Assembly (NCBI GenBank): GCA_964016885.1
Contig: OZ024743.1
Location: 110,794,001 to 110,858,000 of the forward strand
Origin: Eledone cirrhosa
Taxonomy: Eukaryota
DNA length: 64,000 bases
Direction: 5' to 3'
Below are positions 26,748 through 39,810 of the stretch, in pieces. The notes under the pieces are model-generated. The model searched no databases. It saw only the letters and a program-made list of their open reading frames with translations, and was not told the DNA's origin. Position 1 is the stretch's first letter, and each line of letters starts with the position of its first letter. The position numbers and the translations under genes are program-made.

Positions 26748-27229
26748 GTGAGGTTTTTTTTTACAAAATGAAAAATATCCGAGATGTCCTACACGAGTGA
26801 AAGTATAAAGAAAAATAGATGAAATCGAAAATGCAATTGGAGTCTTATTAAAAAAAGTTCTATATATATTTATTTGGATCCTTTACCGGTTTCGCAGTTC
26901 TTCTGCTTCTCAAAAGTAGAGTTGTGATGGAGGCTCTATCGTTTTTCTCACATATGGTTGGTCTCTGAGTGTTACTTGTTTTATATGGAAAAAAGTGGCT
27001 CAATATGCCAGGTTTTGGAGAAGTAATTTGATTGGTTGGTCAATAAGTATAATAAATTTCGCGCCAATTCGCGTTACAAAGTTCTTCAAACAAGGGGGGG
27101 GGGCACAGGTTGTTTTTTTCATATATGAGTGTTTGAAATTCTTTTTATGGTTAGTTCGCTGGGGTGTCAGAATTCAGATTTTCTATTAAAATAAAGAAGG
27201 TAAAGGTATGTATGTTTATTTGTGTGCTT

Positions 27230-27284
<55 letters not shown>

Positions 27285-28341
27285 TGTGTGTGTTGTGTGT
27301 GTGTGTTTGAATTTATTTTTACTTAAAAAAAGGGGCTTACGAAGGCTTATTTTTAATAAACGTAATTTGATCGGTTATAAATGAAATTATGGCTGTCACC
27401 TGAACAAGTTTTCATTAAATTTTCGCGCCCTTATTTGGAAATTCTGTATCCTTTTTAGAGAATGTTATGACAAGCAAGAGATAATTGTCCAGAGAAATGG
27501 GATGGGAGAATTGTTCTGCTTCAGTGAATATGGTTAGTTCGCTGGGGTGTCAGAATTCATATTTTCTATTGAAGTAAAGAAAGTAAAGATTTGTATGTTT
27601 ATATGTGTGCTTGTGTGTGTGTGTGTGTGTGTGTATTGGGAGATGATTCTAATCGTAGAAATGGGGGAGGGAGTTGTGTGTGTATATGGGTGTTATGTGT
27701 GGGTGTGTGTGTGGGAGTATGTTAATATGGAGAGAATATATATATTTTGTGTGTGTGTATATATGTGTAGGAAAGTGATTCTTTTAATAGAAATGGGGGA
27801 TGGAGTTTTGTGTGTGTGCGGGGTGGGGGTTGTTATGTGTGTGTATGGGTGCTATGTGTGTGGGAGTATGGTTAGCATGTTAAGATCAAGAGAATATATA
27901 TATATATTGTGTGTGTGTGTAGGAAAATGATTCCTTTAGTAGGAATATTTTTGAATGAACATATTTTCCTTACTTATTCGTATTTGTCAGCGCAAACGTA
28001 TGTTAACGTGTATTTAGTTCGGGTTTTTATTTTCTAAAGTAGCAGGTGTTATGTGTGTATATGTCTGTTTGGATGATTAGCATGTTATGGTGTTGACATA
28101 CAGTATATTAAACCATATTTAATGCTGGTCTATATTTTTGAATAAAAATATTTTCCTTATTTTGAATAAAAATATTTTCCTTATTCGCAGAACTGCGAAA
28201 CCGGTAAAGGAACCAAATAAATATATATATTTTTTTTTAAAATAAGACTCCAGTTGCATTTTCGATTTCATCTCTTTTTCTTTATACTTTCACTCGTGTA
28301 GGACACCTCGGTTATTTATCATTTTGTAAAAGAAACCTCAC

Positions 28342-28349
<8 letters not shown>
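26741..28349. mobile_element. PLE-like remnant with ~165-bp inverted 3' ends abutting (TA)n
   Basis: 26741-26906 is the reverse complement of ~28187-28349. Hammerhead-like motif at 26878-26916 (minus). Confidence 0.6.
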
Positions 28350-28389
<40 letters not shown>

Positions 28390-29223
28390 GCCTCATGGAT
28401 AAGACAGCCACAAAGTACGAACGAGACTATCAATAGTGGGGACTAGAAGAATGTTGGTAAAGTTTACATATTTTTCTTCATACTTACATTTTAGACTTAG
28501 CTCCGTTTAACTGATTATATGCCTTGTTAATTTATAGGGACTAAGAGGAAAGACCAGGTAAATGTTATCTGACTCTTCCTCACAGAGTACAATATGTGAC
28601 ATTTATCTGTTACTTCTTCAAAGTTACATTTTAAACTTAGCTCAGTTTAAATGATCATCTATCCAGTTGATTTCTACGGACTAAGGAGGAAAAAATTGGG
28701 TATATTCTGTGTGACAGTTCTTCAAACTTATAACTTTATATAGCTTTGATTAATAAGTATTTGCTTAATTCATTTTTTCATAGAGCCACACCGTTGAAGG
28801 TTACCACACTCATGTATGTATCTGTAACTATGTCTAAATATATATGTATATATATAAAATCAAGATGTAGCAAATAGAGAAAAGGTTTTAGATAATTTTT
28901 TAAAGATTTGCTGTACTTAATATGTGCGCATTTACCGCGGTTTCATGCTCCAGAGTAAACGGAAAATCCAAGCGGATTTCCTTTGAGAAGAAGCAATTTT
29001 CAGAAGGCTCTTCTCACTCGGAGAATATAAAATTTCCGAGTTCAAATCACAAACTATCGCCATAAAGAACCATTCCCAAATGAGAGCGGATGATGAAATA
29101 AATAATTCTGCCTGGTGCCGTGTGCAAAGTCAAAAGGCAGTGTGGACAGATCAATGTCCTGCCACTAGAAATAGCAGCAGTCCAAACGGCCAAAATGTTA
29201 TCTCTAACTTAGTGGGGGATCAA

Positions 29224-29557
29224 TAATAATAAAGTATGAATTCCTACGTGTTAAAAAATATACATAGGGAAACAACTATTATCCAACCGTATGCTAATGG
29301 CGGGTTAATAAATTAACAAGCCAGAACATATAAAATCAAGGTCTAGCAAATAGAGAAAAAGTTTTTAAATAAATTTTTAAAAAGCGAATTTTTTTTAATT
29401 TATTTTAAACATTTTCTCTATTTGCTAGACCTTAATTTTATATGTTCTGGCTTTTTAATTAATTAACCCGCCATAGAACCACATTGGCATACGGTCGGAT
29501 AATACTTGTTTCCCTATATGTATTTTTTACACGTAGGAATTCATACTTTATTATTAT
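29224..29557. repeat. Imperfect fold-back with ~155-bp arms
   Basis: TAATAATAAAGTATGAATTCCTACGTG... mirrored by ...CACGTAGGAATTCATACTTTATTATTA. Partial third copy at ~28850-28900. Confidence 0.85.
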
Positions 29558-29611
29558 GTATATATTTAGACATATGAAGGACATATATATGTATATATGT
29601 CCTTATGAATT

Positions 29612-29701
<90 letters not shown>

Positions 29702-29704
29702 GAT

Positions 29705-30357
29705 CGGAACAAGCAAACATTGAAAAATCTTTTAAATAAATTAAATTACGATTCAAATATTCACCTGTTCTAATGCTGTTACCGACGGTTTAGCTTATCA
29801 AATGATTGGAAATTCAGAGAATTTCCACTGGTAAGATCAGCTCTTCAGACAGCTATTTCCATTCTATAGGGTATAAAGTCTCACAGTTTGTAAATATATC
29901 GCTTCCTCCTCGATGTGTGAGGTCAGGCCGTTAAAGTGACCCACACATAAACAGGCTGCAAGTAAAAGCGGGATTACTATAGACTCGTTGTCTTTCATGT
30001 TACTCATTTTATGTGAATTCTCCCTCTGTGTAGAGAAAAAATGTTGTATTGTGCTGCTATTTTTTTTAGTAGCATGAAAGACAATGTGTCTATAATATTT
30101 CCGCTTTTCCTTGCGGCCTGTTCATGTGTGGGTCATTTTAACGGCCTGACCTCATACATCGGGCAGGAAGTGATATATTTACAAACTGTGTGGTTTTATG
30201 CCCTATAGAATGGAAATAGCTGTCTGAAGAGCTGATATTTCCATTAGAAATTCTCTGAATTTCCAATCTTTTGATAAGCGAACCGTCGATAACAGCATTA
30301 GAATATTTGAATTGTATTTTAATTTATTTAAAAGATCGTTTAATGTCTGCTTGTTCC
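29705..30357. repeat. Diverged inverted repeat, ~295-bp arms with ~70-bp spacer (MITE/fold-back-like)
   Basis: GGAACAAGCAAACATT... mirrored by ...AATGTCTGCTTGTTCC; arms align throughout. Confidence 0.85.
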
Positions 30358-30799
30358 GCCGCTCATTTTTAGGGTTCTGGTATCTCAAATGAGTACCATA
30401 GAACAACAATTATTATAGACACCATATATATTTCCGTAGCTAATTAGTACCTGTTGGAATATTTATCTCATTTTATATATACATGGTGGCTGCCAACTCG
30501 TTTTCGAGTACGGCCACTACTTTATATCCATGTAGGAGAACCCCTACCGATGCGCTGAACGAGTGTGACGTTTTAGTCCAGCCAGCGACTTTAAAACTCT
30601 GGTACAAACACTAAAATTGTGACTATTATTGACACATAGTGCTGGGCCCATGGTACCATGTGACGACAAGTGCAGAGAGATCTCTATATACAAAGCAATG
30701 CCTGTGCCGTGCAGATTTTATAGTGAGCAAAGGCACTACACAAAGCCAGTCCCACTCTCTTAACCAAGATGATATTTACCAAAAAGAAGAACAAGTCAA

Positions 30800-31090
30800 C
30801 ATCATTGGATACCATCAGGGTTGCAGGTGTTATATCAGAGTTTTCCTTCTCCTAGAATTCTGCCTTGACAAAGGCTAACGGGTCATTTCCCCTGGTGATT
30901 TTGGATGGCCATTGACTCTTAAGAGCTCCTTTACCCTTTGACAGGTTTTGTTTTTAGTCCTGCAGGATGCCCAAAGTCACCCTCATCACCAAGAAACCTT
31001 GGTGAGGTTGCCAGTTTAGTCGCCAACGACCCGACCATGAGACAGGTTGTACTGGGATACATGTTACCAGTAGCACCAACTGGTGACCTG
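30800..31090 (-). mobile_element. RTE-type 5' UTR remnant with possible HDV-like ribozyme at its 5' end
   Basis: Minus strand AGCCTTTGTCAAGGCAGAATTCTAGGAGAAGGAAAACTCTGA is typical of RTE 5' UTRs. Partial HDV-like topology at 31011-31088. Confidence 0.5.
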
Positions 31091-31191
<101 letters not shown>

Positions 31192-31194
31192 TTA

Positions 31195-31930
31195 TTAAAA
31201 TAACAGATTAAAGTTTAAGCAAAGAATCTCTGCTTTCACCCTTAACGGGATCTTCTGAAACTTACAAAGTCAATCTGTAAACGGAGAACTGGATATTTCA
31301 AAAAACGTTGCAACCGGAGGAAGACAGGAAGACGATACTTTGGTTCGTGAAAACGTTCGCTGGCAAAGAACTGGAAAAAACGAATAATACGTCATTAAAA
31401 GGAGCGGTGAAAAACAATTACGCGCAAAGACAGAACCACGTTCAGGTATAGAAGAGGTCGTAGACTAATGTTCTCTTAGGTGGTGCATAGAGACGTTCTC
31501 TGGCAATGAACGAAAAAACGAAGATAATAAGTCATATGTGTAGCGTGGAGAACAATAGCACGCAAAGACAAAACCACGTAAATGGTATAGCAGAAGTCGT
31601 AGACTAAAATTCGAACTACGAGACCAAATGAATCTCCGCTACAGAGTATTTCCAGGGCCTCAGCGGCGCAGAGGTAACATGGTCTTTTATTTCCGTTATA
31701 CGATCTAGCCCTAGCTAGGATCTCCCAGTGTAACTTATATTGGGTGTGGTTGTCGTTTAGACTCCAGATATAAGCTGAAAGTGACGTCATATTCCTTCTT
31801 AGAGGGTAACGAAAAGAATGGGTATGCATATATGCAGCATACATCAAAATATATTCTATATATATTTTCCGATACAAACCTTCATTTATGGTATGTGTCT
31901 GCAAATTGTTGATGTCATTGTCTCTTAGCA
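31195..31930 (-). mobile_element. Degenerate PLE 3' fragment (GIY-YIG C-terminus + 3' UTR with variant hammerhead)
   Basis: HTHSFRY..TSLSAYIWSL..YKLHWEILARARSYN..CYLCAAEALEIL. Ends at (TA)n. Confidence 0.75.
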
Positions 31931-33820
31931 ATCATTTTCTTAGCTGATACCACTCTTCTGTGATTAACAACATCCCAGCCCTAGTCAGCTCTATCTTTGA
32001 GATGACATTATGGCTACATTATCGAATGCGCTTGTCATTTTCTGTTGTTGTTGTTTTTGTTGTTCTTTTGGGGGTTTTTTCAGATGAATGGGACTTATTT
32101 GGTGATATTTTGCAGCTGTCGACTGACACAGAGTTTCTCTCAATAATATTGTATAAATATTGCGTAAGGTATAGATGCCGTCGATTAATCTCACACGAGA
32201 GGATATTTTTTCTTTATTCTGAGAGATATAATTCTGTCTGTTTGTGTGTGATTTGAAATCGTTAGTCTTATTTCTACAACATTTACGGCTAGAGACATAT
32301 CAATAAGGTTAAGACAAAAGAATAAATCATTTCGTTCGTTATATATGCCACAATGTGTAATTCCGTATTTGCTATCATCATTTCATTTATTTATTCATTT
32401 ATTTCAAAAAAGACCACACTGTTTCTTCATTGTTGCTTATTCCGATATTCTACATTCCAAGAATGATTAATAACATTACAATAGTTGTGTATTAAGCGTT
32501 CATATTTTTAAACTTATCAAGGCAAAAACACTCATATGTGTATCATCAAATTTCTATATTGCCTAATTTTCACTTAAAGCAAAATAAACACAAAGGACAA
32601 TGAAAGAGAATGTGTTTCAATAAAATACTAGTTTCATAAAGCCATAAGGAAGTATAAAGCTCTTCATTCCATAAACCACGCTTCTTTGTGTTCTGCTCTA
32701 TTGCACATGTTTCCGTATATATAAAGGCATTTGTATTGTATTAAAGCCATCCATTGATTGAGAGACACCATTTTATCATTGGAAGAATATTACTAACATA
32801 TTCTGAATTTTATGACCAATAAAACTAGCAATGCTCTAGAAATACGTCTGGGTGACAGAAAATGTGAAGAATTCAGGAAAAAGGAGAAACGAAATGAATA
32901 GAATGGAACGAAATGAAATAGAATGGGAGAAGAATGACACAAGAACATAGCTCAGGGTGTTAAGAGAGAGAGGGAATTATTTCAAATTAATGTGTTTCTT
33001 GCTGGTTCAGGAATCATGGCAGAATTGTGCATTCTTTTCAATATAAAATTAACTCCCCACAAAAACATTGATTCGAATAGAATGTATTTCACTTGAGCTT
33101 TTCTGTTGAACGATTTTGTATTTGAAGAGTTAATGATTTTCTTCTCACATTCTTTTCTATAATCCTATATGCTGAACTATTGCCTTGCTTTCTCTCATTC
33201 GTTGCCGACAGATTTCTCAATAAAACCATTTTTATTGGTTGTTCTTGTCATAGTAATTCTTCGACATAATATATAGATCAGGAAACTGCGAAACACTATG
33301 TGAAATCCAAGAGTACCCATTCTTATTGGTAGATAAAAATACGTGTCACCTTGTACTTCAAGACTTTAAATATACTCTTTTATACGTATCTATACATATC
33401 CCATCTACTCTCCAACTTCATCTCTCTCAGTGAATATTTCCTCTCTTTATCTCGCTAAGAGTCCCAACTTATCTAGTATTCCTCCAACGTTTCTGTCTCC
33501 CACGTTATTATCTACCGCACGATATTGATAACCCTTCCTCGACAATATCTAAAACCCTCGCAATATTAGCTGAATTGGAGTTACATAGTAAATGTATTAT
33601 TCATATTTCAAAAGATGATACACACAAAACGATAACTCTTTATTCAGAATCGTATTTACTTAGTTTATTCGATTTCTTTCATAACGTAACAAACTGCCTT
33701 CATGAAAGGATAATGGTAAATTTAAAATTTTGACAATGATTTATGCAAATTATGGCCACAATTTTATAAAATAGAATACGATAATAGTGCTTCCAATATA
33801 TACATAACTACAGCTGCATT

Positions 33821-34015
33821 TCAGAGAAAACTTCTTAATTCGATTCCTGTCGCTAGTTCATGGAATAACAATGACCTATAGATGACTCTAGGTTGAAAAA
33901 TAAAACCATTCGAAAAATTTCTTGATATTTCCTTCCCATTCTCGCTTCTGGCATTGTACACATTCGACCTTTCAGAGTCGAGAAAACCGCATCGTGCATA
34001 TTTGTTATATTTATA
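33821..34015 (-). other. Candidate host exon, unverified
   Basis: TTTCATTTGCAG acceptor followed by a 64-codon open frame ending in a stop, in non-repetitive sequence. No recognisable domain. Confidence 0.2.
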
Positions 34016-35029
34016 CTGCAAATGAAACACCACTACGTATAGAGTTAGACAATTTACCTGTATTCAGAATTTGATTCTACAACCAATGTTTTCATAAATA
34101 CTGCGTATTGCAATAATAAAACTCAATGAATTCAAACCATATATAACTAGAATATATCTATTGGGCAATCGTGCTTCTACACAAATAAACAACGTGAATG
34201 AAATTCACGAATGTGAGATTGTTCAAAGGTATAAACTAATACTTTAATAACCTTGAATAATCTCAGCTAATTCTTCACTTTTATTTTCCTTTGATCTAAT
34301 CTACTTTAGTTTACACACTGATTATTTTACTTCTGTTTGTATATATTTTGATTGTTATCAACTCGAACTTGTTTTTTGTCTTCGCCTGCCAACATGTATA
34401 TGTCATGTGTTTACTCGTAAACATTTTTACTGCGATTTCCTCTTCATAAATATGGTTTTACCTAATATATTATTCTAGTTAGTAGTTAAATAATACGATG
34501 ATGTTTCTGTTAAAAGTGAATAATCGTATTGTGGTAATTTCCTTAGCAGAACAATTGTAATCGTGGTCACGTCTAGAATTGTTCAAACAATAATTTTCGA
34601 TTTTAGGTTTTCATTTCCTATATTGTATCAGGTTCTTTTTATGTATTTTTTTTTTCAAATGGAATGAAGGAAATTATCATTACAATAGAATTTGATATGT
34701 TATACATTAGTAAATAATATTCGACGAGACTTTGAGATGTTGATAGAGAAAACTAATTACAATGATAGTATAATATGATCCATTAGCGATAAACTAAATT
34801 TTATATACCACACACTTTGTCTTTTTGTCTGAAATCAAACATTTAGGTTTAAATGCCGGAAATAATGCAACATGTAGATAATTATTTAATACAAACATCA
34901 AGGCTTGTTGATGACCTAAATACAGACAATTATGTAATTAAGGACCTTTATTTTAAAATGTCGAAATAAAAATGAGTTAATTTCGCCATCCTTTCTGCCG
35001 TTATTGATAAAGCATATCAAGGTGAAACC

Positions 35030-35270
35030 TTATTATTATTATTGGGAACTGCCTATATACTCAGGAAGATTATGTCAATAAAAGTACATCACAAGTCTAA
35101 ACACCTAAATATGCATGTGTTTGTATGTATGTTCTTTCTTGAACATGGCGGACCTTGTTGTCTCTTGAGGTCATTGGTTGTGACTTAGTGATAACTCGCA
35201 TGAACATAAAGCAAGATAAATGTAACTATAAAAATAATAATAATAATAATACACTAATAATAATAATAAT
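35030..35270 (+). mobile_element. R4/Dong-like REL non-LTR 3' end with (TAA)n tail
   Basis: LLGTAYILRKIMSIK followed by a 3' UTR and (AAT)n. Confidence 0.55.
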
Positions 35271-35274
35271 GATT

Positions 35275-36826
35275 TCATTTATTAGCCACAAGGGCCGACA
35301 TGTAGGGGACAATACAAAGACAGGCACAGTGGGGGTTTACAATAAGGTCGAGTAAAAGTGCACAATGGCAAGACTAATTTAAGAAGGAAGATATAAAAAT
35401 ATAAAATCAACTATGCAAAAATATAACAAAATAAATTCCCTGATAGGGGGTGGACGACCCTGCGATGACTCGGGTACCCCACCAATCCTGAACCACCCTG
35501 CACTTTTAGGGCACCCATAGAGAGTACCCCTCTCCTCAAGTTAGCTAGCCTATAGGTGCATGGTCAGAGTAGGCCCATTCACACGAGCCATTCTGGGCCC
35601 ATTCATCCGCCTTTTAGCAAATGTACTGGTGGGGGGAGCACTTATCTCTCCACCCTCACCTTCCTTTCCAGGTGAAACATGAATAAGTTGATGCGGGATT
35701 GGCCGAAGAGAAAAGTGTCTTCAGTCCTTTTAACCTGGTCCACCATATAATCTCTTTCGCAACTGCCACCAGACAGAGGTACAGTTCCTGTTCTTCCTGA
35801 CCTAAGGAAGGCAGCGGGTCGATCTTCACTATAAACTCGGCCGAATGCCGGATTCGTTCCACACGCGACAGTGGCTGTTCGACATAACTCCACATGTCAG
35901 TAATGCACGGACATTGGACAAATGCGTGCAGAACGGTTTCGTCGTTCTATACGCATCTTGGGCAGGTCTGTCTGACAGCACTTCCGGGCCTGTAGAATTT
36001 ATCCCGAACCGGAAGTGCCCCCAGGTAGCATTGCAAAGCGAGGGATTTCTGGAAAATCTCCTTCGTCCCCGGCTCCAAAGTCCTCCGTAACAGACTGGTC
36101 AGTTCGACTTCGTCGAGGCCCAAAGCTTCTCCGAGTGCGTCATAGCACTTGCCCACCACTAATCCTCTATAGAACTCGAGAGTGGAAGTTCCACTGATCG
36201 CATTGCCCGCTTGGTAGAGGGCAGTGAGTGCCTGGCAACATTCCGTCAAGGTAGGGACTGAAATCTGCTACTCTCTCTGACTCGCCACTCCTCCCGAACA
36301 ACCGAGCAAAGTGTTGGCGAAATGCCTCCCACATCCTCTTGGAATCGTTTATCTCGCGAATTATGGTTTTATTACCACGCTGCGCCTCCTCTACGCGGGC
36401 CCATCGAACAGCTTTGGTTCCCACGTTTCTCAGTGCACGCGCCTTAGCTCTGACAATGCAACCTTCGTGTTTTGCATTGAAGAAATGGTCTAATGCCATT
36501 CTCGCCGCTAGCACGTCAGTTGCAATGCGACTACAAATAGCCTCGTCTAACTTATCTTCCAGCTACCCCTTCTTTCTATTTTTCTCTAACGCTAGTTCTT
36601 TGCTGAACTCTATCGAAGTTACTCTAATCTCTCCTTTGAGAGTCCCCCGCCATCCGTTGTTGATTTTCCCCCCTGTCAACTTTTGCTTAACTAAATTGTT
36701 GACTCGGTCTCTGTAAGCTTAGGAGCCGGAAATTACATGTTCAGCTTCCAGTAACCCGGTCTTAACCTACGGGTTTTATCTAGGTCGACCATACAGATCA
36801 CAAGTTTGTGATCTCAATAGGCGACC
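35275..36826 (-). mobile_element. Tx1-clade LINE, internally deleted, minus strand
   Basis: LDHFFNAKHEGCIVRAK joined directly to QCYLGALPVRDK..CPRC; RT is absent. 3' CCCTTGTGGCTAATAAA followed by (ATT)n. Confidence 0.85.
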
Positions 36827-36828
36827 TG

Positions 36829-38370
36829 TAAGCAGGGTCGCCTGCTCAACGATCTTAGGTCGCTGGAAATGGATGTTATTGCCGTCAGCGAGACCAGAAT
36901 TTCCGACACGCGCGCACTAGCCCCCATTTTCGACGACTAACAGATCTTCGCATCTGTTAGCAGGCCGGGAATGTGGGGTGGGGTGGCAGTGCTGTTTAGG
37001 AAAGGACTGGATCTCGAGGTAACGTCGATTATCCGGGACCAGGACGGTAAGTTGGTGGTCTTGGATGTGAGCAGTAGCGAAGGTAGTGCCTTTAGACTGC
37101 TGGCCGTCTACGTCCCTACAGGGGACGGACGACCGGACTTCTTTAGGCGCCTGGAAACCTTTCTGGTTACGTCTTTTAGCGGAGGACTGGAATGGTATCT
37201 TAGACGCACGCTGTGATTGTATGGGAGTAGCCGATGGGAGCGGGGGGTGCAAAAGCCTCAAGCACCTACTCAGCCAGTTCCAACTGGCTGACATGTATCG
37301 ACTTGTTTCTACAATGTGCCAGTATGGACATGGACCAACCGAATGGGGTCATCTAGATCGTATATAGACAGGATGTTCATTAGGAAAATAGATATAATAG
37401 TGTGGGCTGCCACTTTTTAGAACGGTCGCCTATTCAGATCACAAATTTGTGATATGTACGGTCGACCTAGATAAAACCCGTAGGTTAGGACCGGGTTACT
37501 GGAAGCTGAACATGCGATTTCCGGCACGTAACGCTTACAGGGACCGAGTCAACAATTTAATTAAGCAAAAGTTGACAGAGGGGGACATTCAACAACAGAT
37601 GGTGGGGAACTCTCAAAAGAGAGATTAGAGTAACTTCGATAGAGTTCAGCAAAGAGCTAGCTTCGGAGAAAAATAGAAAGGAGATGGAGTTGGTAGATAA
37701 GTTAGACGAGGCTATGTGTAGTCGCATTGCAACTGACATGCTAGCGGCTAAAATGGCATTAGACCATTTCTTCAATGCAAAACACGAAGGTTGCATTGTC
37801 AGAGCTAAGGTGCGTGCGCTGAGAAACGAGTCAACCAAAGCTGTTCGATGGGCTCGCGTGGCGGAGGCGCAGCATGGTAATAAAACCACAATTCGGTCTT
37901 TGGCGGACCGATACGGACACTTTGCTCGGTTGTTCGGGGAGAGTGGCGAGTCAGAGAGAGTAGCGGATTTCAGTCCCTACCTTGGCGGCTTGCCGCGCAT
38001 CTCGTCGGTCGACGCTGAGCGATGCGAAAGGCCTATTACTTCAGCCGAAATTCAGGACGCTCTTGTCGACTGCATGAGGCGCTAGTCACACGGTTTGGAT
38101 GGCCTGCCCTACGAGCTTTACGTAAATAAGCCAGACTTTTTCTCTGATCTCCTCGAAGCACTCTACTGCAAATGGCAGCAGAATGGGTGTATTCCCAATT
38201 CTGTGAGTAGGGGAGTGGTGATGATGATAAGGAAAGACGAGAACAAGATGGGTACATTAGACAACTTCAGGCCCATAACTCTGCTCAGCACAGAGTTTAA
38301 GATTTTGGCCAAGGTGTTAGCAAAGAGATTGGCGCTTGTCGGCGAGGATTTCGATGGGGAGGCGCAAACT
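36829..38370 (+). mobile_element. Tx1-clade LINE fragment (AP endonuclease to start of RT), frameshifted
   Basis: GGVAVLFRKG, DWNGILD, NFRPITLLSTEFKILAKVLAKRL. Diverged relative of the 49.7-64 kb copies. Confidence 0.88.
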
Positions 38371-38639
38371 TGTTATCTGAATGGTTGGTACATTCCCAAG
38401 CATTGTTATTCTTTCCGTTTCAAATACTGGATAAGTTTGGTGTTCATAACAGTTTTCTGTATGTTTTACATTATATTTTTTGCATATCATTCTGTGGATA
38501 TATTGCCCAAACCTATTATGTATAATCTTATATTCAGTTACTGCTTGTGGGAGGCTCCTAAATCATTTGTCAAGTCTAAACAAAGAACACAGGCAGATAA
38601 TACTTTCCTTAAAATGTGCGCAGTGGTTAGCATGTCTGA

Positions 38640-39560
38640 CTTCTAACAATCACTAATCCTGCACGGTTGTCTTAACCATTTAAAGAGGTTTTATAGTTTC
38701 AATGGGATAGGGCCCAATGCAATGATCACAACAGGTATCACTTTCTGATTATCCTCCCACACTAAAAACACTCAGGCCATCTCTACTGTCAATTCGGTGT
38801 ACTAAGAGATATTGTCAACCTGTTTATTCGCAATATTCATATCATTTTGTATGGATACATCTATGATGTGACAGTATTTGTCAGTACAACACAGAGCTGT
38901 CGGTGATGCTCAATTACTCTGTCAGTCTGAAAGTCATAATTCTAGAATATACAAAGTAAATGCTCTATTATTTCGAATTGATATTTACATATTATGGCTT
39001 CTCAACAAAATCCTTTGTTTTAGTTGTTCAATTATTGTATATAATCCATTCTTCCGTATTTTATACTTCACCATCGGTCATTTTTCCATTATTAATTTGT
39101 TTTATTTTATTGTTGTTGTTCCTGCTGCTGATAAATATCCTATGACTTGGTTTTTCCTTAGGTTAAGTTTAATTAAATACAATACTAAGACTATTATTGC
39201 TGCCGCACAAGACCTGGCAGTTATAACTAGGTATAGGATTAGAGCTATTTTAGAAAATCTAGATCGAAACCACAAACAAAGTACCACACATCCATCTTGA
39301 TATTGTTGTAAACATAATCAGCCTTCTAAAATTGACTCTAATGGAAATTGTGTGTCTTCATGACCACAATCTAGTTAGAAAGGAAAGGGAAAATATCAAT
39401 ACGTATGCAGACGTTTCAGGGGCCTTTAGAGCCGTGCATCATGTAGAGACTGAAGTTCTTCCATTAGTCATTGGGCTCCTAGACACAGTCACTAAACGCC
39501 TTACGTCTTTCATTCAGACAGGTCACCATATCCGCAAATCTTAACCCTGTGCAGAAACTG
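38640..39560. mobile_element. Two degenerate R4/Dong-like REL fragments in opposite orientation
   Basis: Minus strand: KVIPVVIIALGPIP. Plus strand: TIIAAAQDLAVITR and ETEVLPLVIGLLDTVTK. Confidence 0.5.
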
Positions 39561-39706
39561 AGTTTAGTATCATCGTCTTTGATACGGTAATTTGTTCCAT
39601 TTACTAGAATGTTATGTTCAGTATCTTAAGGGGATGTTGTGATCCATAATTTCATCGTGGAAGTAATCAAACTCATACATGTTGATGAAACATCTACAGT
39701 GCTTAC

Positions 39707-39810
39707 TCTCGAAGGTGAAACTGATTTTTTGAGTCCTACTAGGTGATCCTTTGGACCTATTTCTCTCCATTCAGGCTCCATATTATCAATTCTAACAATC
39801 TCTATCTTCC
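39707..39810 (-). other. Candidate internal host exon (104 bp), unverified
   Basis: TTCAG acceptor, GA|GTAAGC donor, open frame KIEIVRIDNMEPEWREIGPKDHLVGLKKSVSPSR. Confidence 0.3.

Noticed and set aside
38095-38646. 183-aa ORF with RT start and hydrophobic tail as a domesticated fusion gene
   Set aside because: The Tx1 fragment simply reads through into unrelated flank at 38370 and lacks the catalytic RT motifs.
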